From Priapulus caudatus (lineage: Eukaryota): a stretch of 32,828 nt of DNA. Location of the stretch: assembly GCF_000485595.1 (NCBI RefSeq), contig NW_014577085.1, positions 495,963 through 528,790 on the forward strand, written 5' to 3'. The notes under the pieces were generated by a model, which did not search any database, had not been told where the DNA came from, and worked only from the letters and a program-made list of their open reading frames with translations. Of the stretch, positions 11,448 through 25,881 are shown piece after piece. Made by a program: the position numbers and the translations under genes. How positions within the stretch are numbered: position 1 is the stretch's first letter; each line of letters starts with the position of its first letter.

Positions 11448-12719
11448 TTAATATGATACAGGTGCAATCTGAGTACACATGAGTTAGGCAAATATGTATT
11501 ATAGGTATGCAAACGACGTCCATCCAAGCTCTACTGTCGATTTCCCAGTTGTTAGATGTTTTCTACACGGAGGGGTGAGGTTCAACAAAGACGTTTTAAG
11601 CTCGATTTTGAAGGCTCAACCGCGTGGAGTAGATTGTGACTGGCGCCTACCTGGATTATAGAGCCCAGCATAAGATAGACTGCTGTGGCAACGATGCACG
11701 CTGGACACGCATTCATCGTGTTCTAACTGCCTGCCAATAAGCAGTTAACGTGGTCCATGTACCTGTACCCTATATGTGTCGGCGCCCACGTTATACGTGT
11801 GTATGCATGCATCGTGCGCGTTCGTGGGTGCGTGCGTGTGTACGTGTGTGCTTACGCGTGTGTCTATGCGTATTCGCATGTGTGGGCGTGCGTGTGTGTG
11901 CGCGTTCATGCGTGTATCGCGCCCGAGGTCCGCTTCGATAGCAATAGTAATAAAGTAATAATTTTAAACAGTTTCCCCGGGCTTTAAATTCGTACCGCTC
12001 CATGTGAATGTGAACTAAAACGGAGATATTGATTTGTTTCTCGAAAAGAGCCTTTTGAGAATAACAGTTATTTTCACTTCCTTAAACTCTTCCACAATAT
12101 AATATACATCGCCTTATGAGTATTTCCTTGCTAGGATTAAAGCTGCCCCATGGCTAGGTTTAAATGCAGCGCTATGCAGGTACCGCACCGAAATGTCGAA
12201 TCCTTGTTTTCATTTCTGGGTTCAACGCCAGTAAGCTAACCGGGCATGATTATTCTGTCGAGAAAATCATTACCCACTTCCAACTGACCTCAAATTACGA
12301 TCTCACGTTCAACGTACGTGCTCTAGCTCCTCTCTAAATCCTATACCGACCAGCGGGATTTCGCGTTTACGTTTGTAACACGTGTGTTGCGACACCATAT
12401 GCTGGATAAACTCGAGTTTTGAACGTAAAGACTGATTTTGTACGAGTACCTAAGATTTCGGTTGTGTACATTCATGTAGTATTTTAGGTTTTGTTAATAA
12501 ATCGTTGTCAGAGGTAAGGCGCAGAATCCACGTTATGTAGGCCAGTACAAGTCTCGCGGCGGCGTCTACGCGCCAGGTGACACAGTGAGTGTAACTTAAC
12601 CCTGACACTAGTTCAAGTGTACAGTGCGCAGGCACTTGGGCTGTTTCATAATGAAATAGTGGTAAATAAACACAGATGATATTTACTACACTAGTATTAT
12701 TGTTTATGCACTTTCTATC

Positions 12720-12919
12720 GCTTAATAATTCCCTGTAAATGCCGTTCAAATGCTCATCCGCAACACACGTTCTCACCACACACATGCCACGGTGCACAAA
12801 CTGATCACAGGTGTTCTGCCTTCTCTATCTTTCGGTGAGTTTGTACACAGTGACGTGCGTGCGGTGAGTTGTGTGTTGCAGGGGAATATTTGAACGGCAT
12901 TTACAGGGAATTATTAAGC
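12720..12919. mobile_element. 200-bp fold-back element / MITE
   Basis: Perfect 32-bp inverted repeat GCTTAATAATTCCCTGTAAATGCCGTTCAAAT (12720-12751 vs 12888-12919), continuing imperfectly about 50 bp further inward. TTAA lies near both ends. Confidence 0.75.
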
Positions 12920-15460
12920 CATAGAGAGTATATACCTTACTATTAGGACTTTGATAGTAAATACAATTACTGTTGATCTAACACTATTAATTGAAACGGT
13001 CCAAGTGACTGTGATACGGCGCAGCTTATACAGCTCTGGTGTATTTAGTGTGTAAGAAAACACTTGTGTACCTAGTCTCGTCGTCGTGTGGTGCGACAGC
13101 GTGTTACATTCCAGAAAAAGTCGAACCGCGGTTGGAAGAAATAAATTATCGGAAACGCGATATGTATGTTGAAAAGACACAATGTTATCTAAATATTCTA
13201 GATTGTCTAAATCTGGAGGAAAACAGAAAATCTACAATGCGTCGCGGAGAAAAGCCAAGTAGTCACCGCCTGCGTCTTTATCGAAACAATTTTCCACGAA
13301 ACCCGATCTGCTGATCCTCTTAAATCTACGGTATCTGTTTCATTTCGGCTCACGAACAATTCCGGATTATGAGAGTTCATGCATGAGAACGCCACCTAAC
13401 CTTTGTAAATCCGTCCTAAACCTAAACCCAACCTCGTTTTGAGGTCCGATGTTGGAGCATTGGATTTATTTTCGACATAAGAAGCAACATATATAGCGCG
13501 TATATAATTTCCTGAATTGCACTTTTCTACTTAGATGAATCTACGTAGAATAGAGTCGGGTTATGGGATTTTGCCGGTTACTACAGAATGCTGGAGTGAA
13601 GAGAGTCGACTATAAAAGCATTGGACTCTACATCGCGTGTGTAGGGTCTGCAAAGCGCTTTTCATTGCCAGAATTTCATGCGAATAGAAAATACTAGCGT
13701 CTCAATAACCGTAGAAGTGTAATCAGACCCTCAGTCGAGTCTTCAGGAGACCTGCATTAACAGGCTTGCAGGCGAGTCAGACAGCGGTAAGAACGCTCTC
13801 CAGCGCTGACGCTCTATCTCCACCGCGAGCGAGTATTGCAGAATTATACCAACCCCAACTACCGCCAATGAATACCGAGGTGTCTAGAAGTCCTAATGGA
13901 ATGTGAAGCGTATGATTTGGCGATAGTTGATTCTTTGTGAGTAATTGTGCGCAATGGTAATACTGGTAGCAGCTGAGGACAATGTAAGGGGGAAAAGGCA
14001 CCGTGGTATTGGGCAAACTTTCCTGTTTCTGTTTCTCTATCAAGTCGGGATCTCTGCATACCAACCATGGGAGAGAAGACTAGCGACGGAACAGTGCATG
14101 TTTTCATTGTTGATGTGCGCGTGTAAAAGGAGTGCTGCCGTGTCGACCTCTGGTGCGCGATAGGTGTGCGTGCGTGCGTGCGTGCGTGCGTGCGTGTGTA
14201 CACGCATCGCAAACAAGCAGCTACCGTGTTGCAGGTAACGCGTGCACAGACGATGCGTAGCTCTGCCCTCACGACAGGCACTCAAGGCCGTTTCGTCGAC
14301 GTAACACCCGAGCGAGCCCAACACTTCAGCTGAAGGGGTTTTTTCTGCCGGTTAAACCTCCATGGTCAAGTGGGGATCGGTGCTAACTGGTTCGTCTCGG
14401 CTGTAGTGTTGCGGGACATCGAGAGGCGCAACATCGCTCGATCCGCCTAGCTAACTGGTTTTGCTATGAGTGCCGTTACAAGTAAGGCGAGGGCATGCAA
14501 GGCAAGGCGAGGCGAGTATTAACTTGTTCACCTTTTTATTGCCGCGTGCTTAAAAAATAAGGCATGTTTACCGTATGGTTGGTAGTGAATGACGCCTTCT
14601 GGGGCTAATATAATTGCTCGTTCGCCTGCAATGTGCCATATATCGTGAGTAGGTAAAGGGTGACATTTGGAGCTTAATAACAGGTTTCGCGTGGGATGTT
14701 CATGAACCTCGCTACATGGGCACACATAGACGTGTGAAGCTATGGTTGTGATGATGTGATCGGTGATAGAATATTGCCTGTGCACATTTTGCAACTGATA
14801 TAGATATTGCGATGGATATAGACTTGCGATCTCTTTTATCTGAAATTTTATACATTGCCTAAGGGGTATGCTTTCAATGTATCAAGTGTTCTTAGGTGGC
14901 ATTGGTATAAATGAAATCGGAATGGCGTGAAATCCATCGACAGGTTGTTTTGTTTGTTTTTAGTAATTACATCCGTGTGATTACTATTGTTATTATGAAT
15001 ATTAGTGTTATCATTGGCATTATTACTATAATAATTATCATTATTATTACTAGTATTAATAGTATGCTCGCTCTTACGTGTGCGGGTATAGGCAGCCACC
15101 ATATAAAATGATACTTACATTTCTTAATACCACGGTGTATCTCAGTACAGATGCAGTGTAATCGCAATCAGCGACACCGCAGATTCGTAGCGACAAGGCA
15201 AGCAAGGTATAGATTTAAATGCCGTAGTATAACAGTGTTATGTCATAGGTTATATCAGCGTATATGTGATGGCATAACGGTTTACTAGGGGCGCTCGGCA
15301 GGTAAATAAGTTTGTTGGACCGGAATAGTCATATAGGGACCGTGTTCCAGAGCAAATGTGGATCGTGCTAACTAGCTCACATGCCATGTGTAATGCACTC
15401 ACAGCGAGTGTTTTTGAGGGCGTCGGTATGTCTTAGATGATTATTTTGGACTGTATACTG

Positions 15461-15588
15461 GGGCCGGTTACCAGAAACATAAATAGCTATGAGTATCATA
15501 AGTCTAAAATGTTATAGATTTCGCATGATGCTACACTTACACAAAGGCTATGCCATTTTAGCCGTGCGATGTTTCTGACAACGGGCCC
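15461..15588. mobile_element. Old MITE of about 128 bp with Harbinger-like GGGCC termini
   Basis: GGGCCGGTTACCAGAAACAT vs the reverse complement of the right end, GGGCCCGTTGTCAGAAACAT (17/20). No clean TSD. Confidence 0.5.
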
Positions 15589-17187
15589 TTCGATATTATG
15601 ATTTAGCAACATGATTTAGGCGGAGTTGTCTTTTTCGGACAAAACGAGTGTATGCTCGCCCACCAGAACAGCTTCATGTTGAGTACATAGCAGCCGACTG
15701 CAGTAATCTGCACTCATAGTGCTTGTGCGATGGTTTGCACCGCAGCAGTGTCATAGGGTTGCACAATAGGTTGCGCAATAGTCAATTGTCATAGGGTTTG
15801 CACGCCTGCAATTCGCACGTTTTACATCTAACCACGTTCCCTTCGCTCGCGTCGCGATGTTGCGCGCGCATATTTTTAAATGAGTCCCAGTTGACGCAGG
15901 TGCTTTTCTCCCTCGCAGATTTCGTGATCGTCGTGCGCATGCGTGAGCTTACGGTTGGTCGAATCGGGTTTGTGCGCGTGCGGCGACATATATTCGGCAG
16001 ATGCTGTGTTTTAATGCCACACCTCGTTTACGTCACACCGCAACACAACCGTAAACAGCAGAGACGATGAATTGCTCTTGAAGTGCGGATGTTTATCTTA
16101 GAGCAAAACTGTCGAATTAGGCATGAACATCATCAGACAAGGCTACGTTTGCCTGTTTTTCATTCGCGAGATGCTCGCTGTCAGCAATCAAGGTCTTCAT
16201 CCTCTCTCTCTCACACTGATCGCTGCATACCTCGCGTCCGTTTACGAGACAGCGTTTAGCGTATTCGTGGGTGTAGCAAAAATCTGCTATTAGACTGCCG
16301 TGAACAGCGATGCGAGTCGATTAGTACGTGCTTTTGTGTGAAGTCTCAGTAATCTTGGCAGTGCCGCTCAAGGTGGTAGTGCCTTACACGTTCGGTATTA
16401 ACGGCTGCCTAATGTAATTTGCTTGTTGCGCTTGAAACATGTTATTATGTTAAACATGTTAATATGTAACAGACGCAACAGAGGTGCATACGTCTTTCTC
16501 TAGCGAAGTGTGAAGGCCTCCGCGCACACAGCGCGAAAGATGACAGTGTTTTTCAACATGACACTAATGACCGAGAAAGTTCTAACATGTAGTGTAATTT
16601 GTTCGCTAAGTAGGTCCCTTCCGATCGGCTGGGTGCGGGCAACGTAAGCACTAATTGTCCGCTTCCATAACGCGCAGTCATTTTCTGATCGTACTTTTGA
16701 CTCTACCAGCTTCACCCAAACAGAGACGAGGTCGATTTTAACCCTTTTAAATACCAGCGTTATGTGGGTCACACGCAACAACTAAGTTCCCAACGCGTGA
16801 TGGAAAACGGAAGCATCAGATTATAAACCGCATTCGTAGGGTTCCTTAAATTAAAAAAACAGAATTTAATTTCGGGCACTGTACCAGGTGTAATGTGCTC
16901 GAATTCGGTTTTAATTAAATTTGATCTAATAATTTGTTTGGTTTTTTATTTTAATTACATTTGACACTGACATTTGCGATTAAGAATTGATCACGTACAT
17001 ACATTTAAGTAGTAGTAACTAATTCCCTGTAATCATGCAGTATTGCATTTTATTCGTGATTAACTGCATATATCGATAATCACCCGTATGCACGCCACGC
17101 CAAAGTTATGTGAGGTTAGTACATGTCAGCGCCATGTTTGCGTGTTTTCGAACGACTCGTTCTATGTGCTGCCGCGCTTGCGGGAAA

Positions 17188-17410
17188 TGCTATCCCCCGG
17201 GCGTGGAGGGACAGTACCGCAATGTGTCAGCACTAGTGTTAGGATTAGGGTTAGGATCAGGGTTAGGGTTACGGTTAGGGTTAGGGTTAGGGATATAAGG
17301 CCATGTCTAGTACGGAGGTATGACTGTGGAATCTTTTTGTGGAAGATTTGGACTTTGAAGTATACGTCAACTGTATCACGTGACTGTCCCTCCACGCCCG
17401 GGGGATAGCA
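17188..17410. mobile_element. 223-bp TIR element carrying an internal telomere-like (TTAGGG)n tract
   Basis: Perfect 28-bp IR TGCTATCCCCCGGGCGTGGAGGGACAGT (17188-17215 vs 17383-17410). Nine TTAGGG-type hexamers at 17239-17292. Confidence 0.75.
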
Positions 17411-19958
17411 GACGCGAAAAATCTATAGGGCAGCAGATGCAAGGATATACGTCATCAAATATAAAGCGCAGGCTCGTCATTCGCGCACATGCCTCGCGTG
17501 ACCTAGACAGACGCGCGTGCACACCGCCGACATTTTGATGAGATTGACAGTGACAGATATCAAGGGTTAGAGTGTAGAGCGAAAGAACTAACAACGGCTC
17601 GTGAAAACTGGATAGACGCGGCTCGCAGATAAAACACGTTATACAAAGCCTCGCGCACACAACACTGGTTGCGCGAATGTATCGCGGTTACAAAGAATGC
17701 TCAAGAGATTTTCCACGTCTAGTTAGATTCTACGTGTAGTTTCTATGGTTTTGCTTTCCATGATAGGGATATATTTTCGGTTATATTTTAGCGGAGGTGC
17801 TATGATTCGTTGATTTTGTGAACAGGGTCAACTGTAAGAGCTCTCGAACTTGTGGTTGCTGTCGATTAAAAATCGGTACGACGCCGGCTCCCCGGGCCGT
17901 GACTCTTGAACGATTCACTCCCAAAGTTCACATCTAAACGTGAAGAATTCTCACTTCGAAGTGCCAGTGTGTTCTCCTTCCGTGGTCATTGTCGTGGAAG
18001 CTAGATGAGCATAGACACAGCTTTCGCAGCATTGATATATAAAACCGTAGTAATTACGCGCCTAAATCACGCACGAGGTCACATGTATAAGGGGCAATCA
18101 TCTTCACATCAGTGAATGAACTGGTTTTTATTTTATATAGGCGCGTCGCACGATTTTCGGTAACAATCGCTTAGAAATTGCAAATGATTTCTCCGTGGAT
18201 ACGAACGACATCGCCATTCTGCAGAGCCCAGACCCATTAATGGGTCAGTGGGCGCATTTACGTGATTGGATGCATGCCAGTGAAAACAGCTAAACGTCCA
18301 TATTTTACTTGTATAATATCGCATATAGTCTAGAAAGGGGTGGATTCATGGCGCTCCTATGTTTCCTCTTTAATTTATTTGTAAAAATTCACTATTAATT
18401 AACTAATTTTGGGAAAGTGGTTGCGGCAATTTGTCCACTTGTAGGGAAGCAAATAACCTTAGTGTTGTCTCTGTAGCATTTTTCACATAGATTTTTGTGA
18501 GCAGGGGATGGAACAATGGTCATGACATGCGAACTTGCAATGCATCATATTCACCTACTGTGTCGTCTACTAAATAGGCACATTGCTGACTTTTGTAATC
18601 CTTGTACATACTGACATAAATAATAACCCTGATTCCATTGCTTACACAAATTGTATCGCAAAATATTTCGAATAACCTTTACTTATAAATCATCGATCTG
18701 CATGGTGCGTATTATAAGTTTATTCTGGGCGCAAATAAATCTATTTCACTACGAGATGATCGCTAACAAACAAAAATCACTGACCGGCGTTTGCTTGGTA
18801 AAACATGTCGTGAGTTTAATATTGGCAAAAAACCCTCGTTACTTGGAATCTCTCGACGTTGGGTCACTGTGCCAGTCGTGTTTCACTTCTCGCCCGAGAT
18901 AGATGCTGCGTGTCATGCTCCTCACAATGAATCACGACTGACCTCTAGTGCTCGCAGTCGTCCAATTACCACGCTGTTGTTCGCCGCAGTCACACCACTC
19001 ATCATCATCACCGCAGGCTCTCTGGCCGTAGACATGCTTATATGCACTATATCGAGAGACATTTTTTATGCTAATGAACGATTTATTTGCTCGTTGGACT
19101 GTATGTGATGCAGGATATTTGTTATTCACAATATTGTGCTGTGCGGTGGCTGCTCTCATGCAGTGCTAGCATGTTGTGTAACCACTTCTTGGTTTGGTTA
19201 TATGAGAGCGCACGTACGTTACTGGAGCATTCTCATATATTACACTAACAGATTATGACATTATTTACTATAGTAATAGCCAACTGTTGTATTTTGCATA
19301 GGTTCACTGAGATAAAGTATTGGCTGACACATTGTCGCTTTGTACAACAATCTATGATAAATTTTACATATTCACAGGCATCCGTACACACAATACTTAT
19401 ACACTGAATTTATTCATTTCAATTCATTGTGCATTATGGTACATCAGGGTGTCGCATTACACAGTGTAACTCCACAAAAACCACGCGTGTCTAGTTTAGT
19501 TAACTGCAAAAAATGAATTCGCAACAATATTGCTAGCGAGAGAACTCGCACGCGATCTTCCGCGTACGTACACCCCTGGTGGCAGTGGACCCCGGTGCGT
19601 TCTTCTGTGGCTCATGGCTCTACTTACGATAACAAACAGCCGGCGTGGTTGTCAGCTTCGCACAACACTAATCCACGGTGTGTGCCACACGGCAGGGGTA
19701 TCATTATATACTCACAGACATGTTGGTACCAGCAACAGTAAACAGCAGCAACAAAGAACGTTGTGATGTCCAATGATGGTAGATTGTGTATACTCAGCAG
19801 CCAGCTAGAATGATTAGATGTCTATCATTGAATGTTAGGCGTTTCTGCAAGTAAGGTATAAAAGATAATACTGTCGGCTAAACTAACGTTATACTTTAGT
19901 TTGCTAAGCAGTCTTTGACATCAATTACAATCGTTGCATACATTTGTATATAGCACAG

Positions 19959-20520
<562 letters not shown>

Positions 20521-21719
20521 GAGTGTATGCGACATTCATAACATTATTGTAGCTTCCTTATGTAGTTCCAGGTAGGCCACATATATAGGTATGAATTTGA
20601 TCCTTCTCATATTCTCCAATAGATTTCTCCAGGTCAGTTCTCTAATAGCCGCACCGTGCGCATATCAAGCACATGATTTAGCGTCAGTCACATTTAATAA
20701 TTCTAACAATATTATCTCTCACAGCCCAGCTAACCCCATGCCAGTCGTATGGTATAATGACCCACAAAATCGTAATGATAGAGGGGTCTTACCAGCGGCT
20801 GGCGTCGTCAGCCAGATAACCCCTGTGACACACAGCAGCTGCATTGTGTGCTACCGGTCTACGTGGTGGTTGTAATTCCGTCTGCTCGCACCTGTTAATT
20901 GTCTCTCACCGCAGAGGCGGCGCGCGCAGTTTGACCGTATCTCGCGCTGACAGCAGCAGCGGCGGCACCCAGAAGAATTGATTGCACGGTTTAGCTTGCA
21001 TGGGCAAGCCGGGACACTTGATCAAGACCATCTAACTGGAGCATTGGGTCAATGATGACCTCTAGAACGTGTCTTTAAGATTTACATTAGAATTACATTT
21101 AGAATGTAGGTATACCTCGGTGATCCATAGATGCCGTGTGCCCTTGAATGTATACCTGTCCGCTGCGGGCGAACCCCGCAAGCGTTACCACCTTTGATTC
21201 TGAATAAATTCATAGATGTTTATCGGGAGTACATAGCGGACTGTCTATTCTGTACTCTTGGCTTTTGTTATGAAAGGGTTTGCAACGTTGGCGCGCATAT
21301 TTTGCGGTTCTTTCCTAGCTGCCTTCAAATAATTAAATGCAACGAATAAACTTTTAACAGACACTAAGTTTCAATACACGTCAGCTTGCGTTGATTAGTA
21401 GTTATTTTCTCGCACAGTTTTCGTGTGTATCATGGGTAATTAATTGCAGTAAACGCCGTGGTTCTCGTGAAGATCATGTAATATTTCTTTCCACTCACGC
21501 TGTATCGTAAAGGATCTGGCAAGAGCTCTTATCCTACTACCGCGCAGCACAACTGTTTTCTTATGTGACCTGTTGTTCTGTGTTATCCGTGGTCGCTAAC
21601 AAGCCATATATAACCATCTACTACTGCGTTTTCGGTGAGCGTGAGTACAAGTGAGAAAGTTCGCGTATATAGCAGTTGGCACTTTTTAAACGATCGGAAC
21701 GGCAAATAACCACAGGGAG

Positions 21720-21896
21720 CAGGGGCGTGTACAGGATTTGTACCAAGGGGGGTCTAACCGTAACCCAAACTTGCGAGCACACGTCTGGGGGGCCCTTCCC
21801 CCGGAAAATTTTGAAATTAGATCCCCTTAGATGCGTTTTCTGCGCGAGCAGGGGTGGGGGCCCGGACCCCCTGGACCCCCCCTGTACACGCCCCTG
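21720..21896. mobile_element. 177-bp MITE with CAGGGGCG termini and a 5-bp TSD
   Basis: Perfect 16-bp TIRs CAGGGGCGTGTACAGG (21720-21735) and CCTGTACACGCCCCTG (21881-21896). GGGAG is duplicated at 21715-21719 and 21897-21901. Confidence 0.85.
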
Positions 21897-22914
21897 GGGA
21901 GTAATTTGTGTTGTAGTCATTTATTTCTATATTGACATGGCAGTTATGAACAACTAAAGGACATGATCGGCAATTATAGAATGTCATCATAGTCAGCTTC
22001 AACTTCTGAGATTACGCTCCGTAATCACGTATAAGTGGCTCTTGTCGAATTTCTTGTCGTTTCTGGTAACTCGTTTTGCATTTGTGTTTTTCGGCATATA
22101 TAATCAGAGACTGGTATGAATATCTGCACGCGACAGGTCAGCCCTCGGATCTAACTAGTAGGACAAATTACCAATTGTGTCTGACTAGTCGTCCATTCAC
22201 TGCAGGAGAATAGAATGTGGTTATCTTAATCGAAATCGGTTGAAATGTTGCCCTAGTCTCGGTGGGTGGCGTGCCAGTGCTGTATTTCTCGCATGCGGGT
22301 AAAATACTCCAAGATTCGACGTACAGAGAGAGGCACCGCTGCGGGTTGATTATCACAATATGGGTTAACGCCAAAAATTATGTGTAAACAAATAATGATC
22401 CAACTTTTGCAAGTATTCCCGCTCTTGTCAAGTTGCGGATCGTTCTCCACATTTTGCTGAGAAGTTCTAATATACATGATGCCCGTATTAATTATTGCCC
22501 CAAATTAATCATTATGGGATTGTATTTGCACTGAGTTATGTAAATCTGTATTTACTTGTAAATTTGATGTTGTTTGGTTTGATATTTATTCATCTGTAAA
22601 TTATAGCTACGTGAATCCAAAGGGAATCTGGAAATATTGTGCTTAACGCGCGTGATTGTGATGGCTAATTAAAATTTACGTCATGCGTTTTAGTGTTTGT
22701 GTACTGTCGCGTCGTGATTGATTCATAAATAATTAGGTTTCTGTATAGGTTTGCGAAAGTTTGATTTGCCAAGCAATATATCATTGAGATGTCAGAAGGC
22801 TGGACACGGACAGCATGCCGATTGTTATTAAGACGTGATTTCGTGTAACTAGCGTCTGCTGGTGACGTTTAACATTACGACCGAGTATTATAGGGGTGGG
22901 GCGATACGTCATGA

Positions 22915-25335
22915 GGCGCATGATGTGAACGTGATGCAGCACATAGTGTGAATAAGATGAGGCGCATTGTGTGAACATAGTGGGGCGCATATTGTGTGAA
23001 CATAGTGGGGCGCATGATGTGAACATAGTGGGTGCATGAATGTGAACATAGTGGGTGCATGATGTAAAATAGTGGGGTGCTGATGTAAACATAGTGGGGG
23101 TGCATGATGTGAACATAAGTGGGGTGCATGATAGAACAATAGTGGGGTCGCATGATGTGATAGTGGGGTGATCATGCTGTGAAACATAGTGGGTCGCATT
23201 GTGTGAAGCATACGTGGCGCGCATATCGTGACAATACTGTGGGTGCAATGATGTGAACATAGTGGGCGCCATGATGTAAACATAGTGGGTGGCATGATGT
23301 GAAGCATAGTGGGGTGCATGATGAGAACAATAGTGGGGCGCATGATGTGAACAATAGTGGGTGGCCTTGATGTGACATAGGTGGCTTCGCATTGTGTGAA
23401 CATAAGTGGGCGCATGATGTTGAACGATAGTGGTGCATGATGTGAACATATGGGCATGATGGTGAACAATAGGTTGGGTGCCATTGATTGAACTATAGTG
23501 GGCCGCGATGATCGTAAACATAGTGGGTGCTGAGTAACATAGTGGGGTGGCATGATGAAACAGTAGTGTGGGGCGCATGATGAACATCTGGGGGGTGCAT
23601 GATGTGAACATAGTGGTCGCATGTGTGAACATAGTGGCGCGAATGATGTGAACATAGTGGGGGCCGCAATGATGTGAAAATAGTGGGTGGGCATGAAAAA
23701 AAAAACAAAAAATTGTGAAACATAGTGGGGCGCATGATGAGAACATAGTGTGCGCATTGTGTGAACATAGTGGGGCGCATGATGTGACATAGTGGTGGCG
23801 CATGATGTGAACATATGGTGCATGATGTGAACATGAGTGGGTGCATGATGTGAACATAGTGGTGCATGAGTGACATTAGTGTGGCGCCATGATGTGAACA
23901 TAGTGGGTGCCAATGATGTGAACAATACGTGGGGTGCATGATGTGAACATAGTGGGGCGCATGATGTGAACATATGATGGGGTTGCATGATGGTGAACAT
24001 GTGAGGTCCATGATGTGAAATAGTGGGCGCAGTGATGTAAGCATAGTGGGTGCATTGTGTGAACATAGTGGGGCGGCATATGTGAAAGCCATAGTGGGGC
24101 GCAGAGTGAACATAGTGAGGCGCATGCATGTGAACATAGTGGTGCATTGTGTGACGATATGTGGGGCGGCATGATGTGAACATAGTGGGCGCGCAATGAT
24201 GTGACATAGATGGGTGTGCATGATGTGAACATAGTGGAGCGCATTGTGTGATCATAGCTGGGGTGCATGATGTGAAGCATATGGGGCGCCATGATGTGAA
24301 CATATGGCGGCGCTGATGTGAACATAGTGGGGTGCGCATGATGTAACATAGGGGGTGACATGATTGAACATAAGTGGGGCGCATGATTGAACATAGTGGG
24401 GTGCATGATGTGAAACAAGTGGGGGCATGATGTGCACATAGTGGGGTTCATGATGTGAACATAGTGGGAGCGCATGATGGAGACCATAGTGGGGTGCATG
24501 AATGTGAACATAGTGGGTGCATTGTGGTGAACATAAAGTGGGTGCATGATGGAAAATATAGTGGGGCATGAGTGAACATAGTGGGGTGATGATGTGTAAC
24601 TAGTGGGGTGCATGCTGTGAACATAGTGGGTGGCATGATGTGGAACATAGTGGGGTGCATGATGTGAACATAGTGGGCCATGAATGTGAACATTAGTGGG
24701 TGCGCAATGAATGTGAACATATGGTGCATTGTGTGAAATAGTGGCGCATGATGTGGAACATAGTGGGTGTGCATGATGTAGAACATAGTGGGGTGCAATG
24801 ATGTGAACATGGGGGCGCATGATGTGAACATAGTGGGGGCATTTGATGTGAACCAAGTAGTGGGCGCATGATGTGAACATAGTGGTGCATTGTGTGAACA
24901 AGTGGGAGGCGCATGATTGTGAACATAGTGGGCGCATGATGTGAACATAGTGGGTGCATGAATTTGAACAAGTGGGCGCATTGTTGTGATCATATGTGGG
25001 GTGCATGATGTGGAAATAGTGGGGCGCATTGTGTGTACGTAGTGGGGTGCATGATGTGAACAATAGTTTGGGCGCATGATGTAAACTAGTGGGGTGCATG
25101 GATGTGCAAAATGAGTGGGAGTGCATGGAGTGAACATAAGTGGATGCAGTGTGTGAACATAGTGGGGCGCATTGTGTGAACATAGTGGTGCGCATTGTGT
25201 GAACATAGTGGGGTGCATGATGTGAACATAGTGGGGTGGCATGAGTGAACATAGTGGGCATTGTGATGAAACATAGTGGGGCGCATCTGTGTGAAGCATA
25301 GTGGGCGCCATTTGTGTGAACATAGTGGGGTGCAT
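22915..25335. repeat. 23-bp minisatellite, left block (consensus CATGATGTGAACATAGTGGGGYG; roughly 100 units estimated from length)
   Basis: Continuous tandem copies with frequent 1-2 nt indels. Confidence 0.95.
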
Positions 25336-25881
25336 CAGGTTGTGATATCCAGGATTTTTCTGGGTGGGGTCGATCATAAATTTTTGGACCTTTCAACAAT
25401 TGAAATTAACAGCAAGATCTGATAAAATGTAATACAATTTAAATGAAACCAAATAAATTTTTGTTACAAACACATTTTATTAAGAGTTTTTAAAACACAA
25501 TTTGAAGTTTTTTTTATCAGTTTTTTTAACAAGGTTTTTTGACTCAGTTTGAAAACGTCTTTTGAAACTGTTTATGCTTGTCTTTGGCTAATCTTGTCTG
25601 TCTTTGTCCTTGTCTTTGTCTCTCTTTATTTTGAAGCTCAGTTTTAAACAAAAAATTGTGTTTAAAAAAGAGCTCAGTTTCAGAATTGGCTGAATTGGAT
25701 AGATTTGCGTCATCGCCAATTGGAAGGTCTTGGAACTCATTTGCTGGTAGCCTGATCAATCTTGCTTTTATCATTTGTTCATTGTGCAAAACCCTCGAAA
25801 AAATGTCTTTGAAAAATTGTGACTTTGAAATTTTGTGGGGTCGTAACGAGCCCTCCGACCCCGCCCTTCTATACACCCATG
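25336..25881. mobile_element. MITE-like insertion of about 546 bp splitting the minisatellite, related to the 21720 element
   Basis: Starts CAGGTTGTGATATCCAGGATTT and ends CCTTCTATACACCCATG (imperfect TIRs). Left flank TGCAT and right flank T-CAT, then the satellite resumes in register. Confidence 0.65.

Noticed and set aside
17239..17292. True telomere or chromosome fusion site
   Set aside because: It is short, degenerate, in a single orientation and enclosed by TIRs.
19866..19912. miR-8/miR-200-like sequence TAATACTGTCGG
   Set aside because: Only the seed region matches. It would sit on the 5' arm of a weak hairpin whereas the family's mature strand is 3p, and there is no matching star arm.
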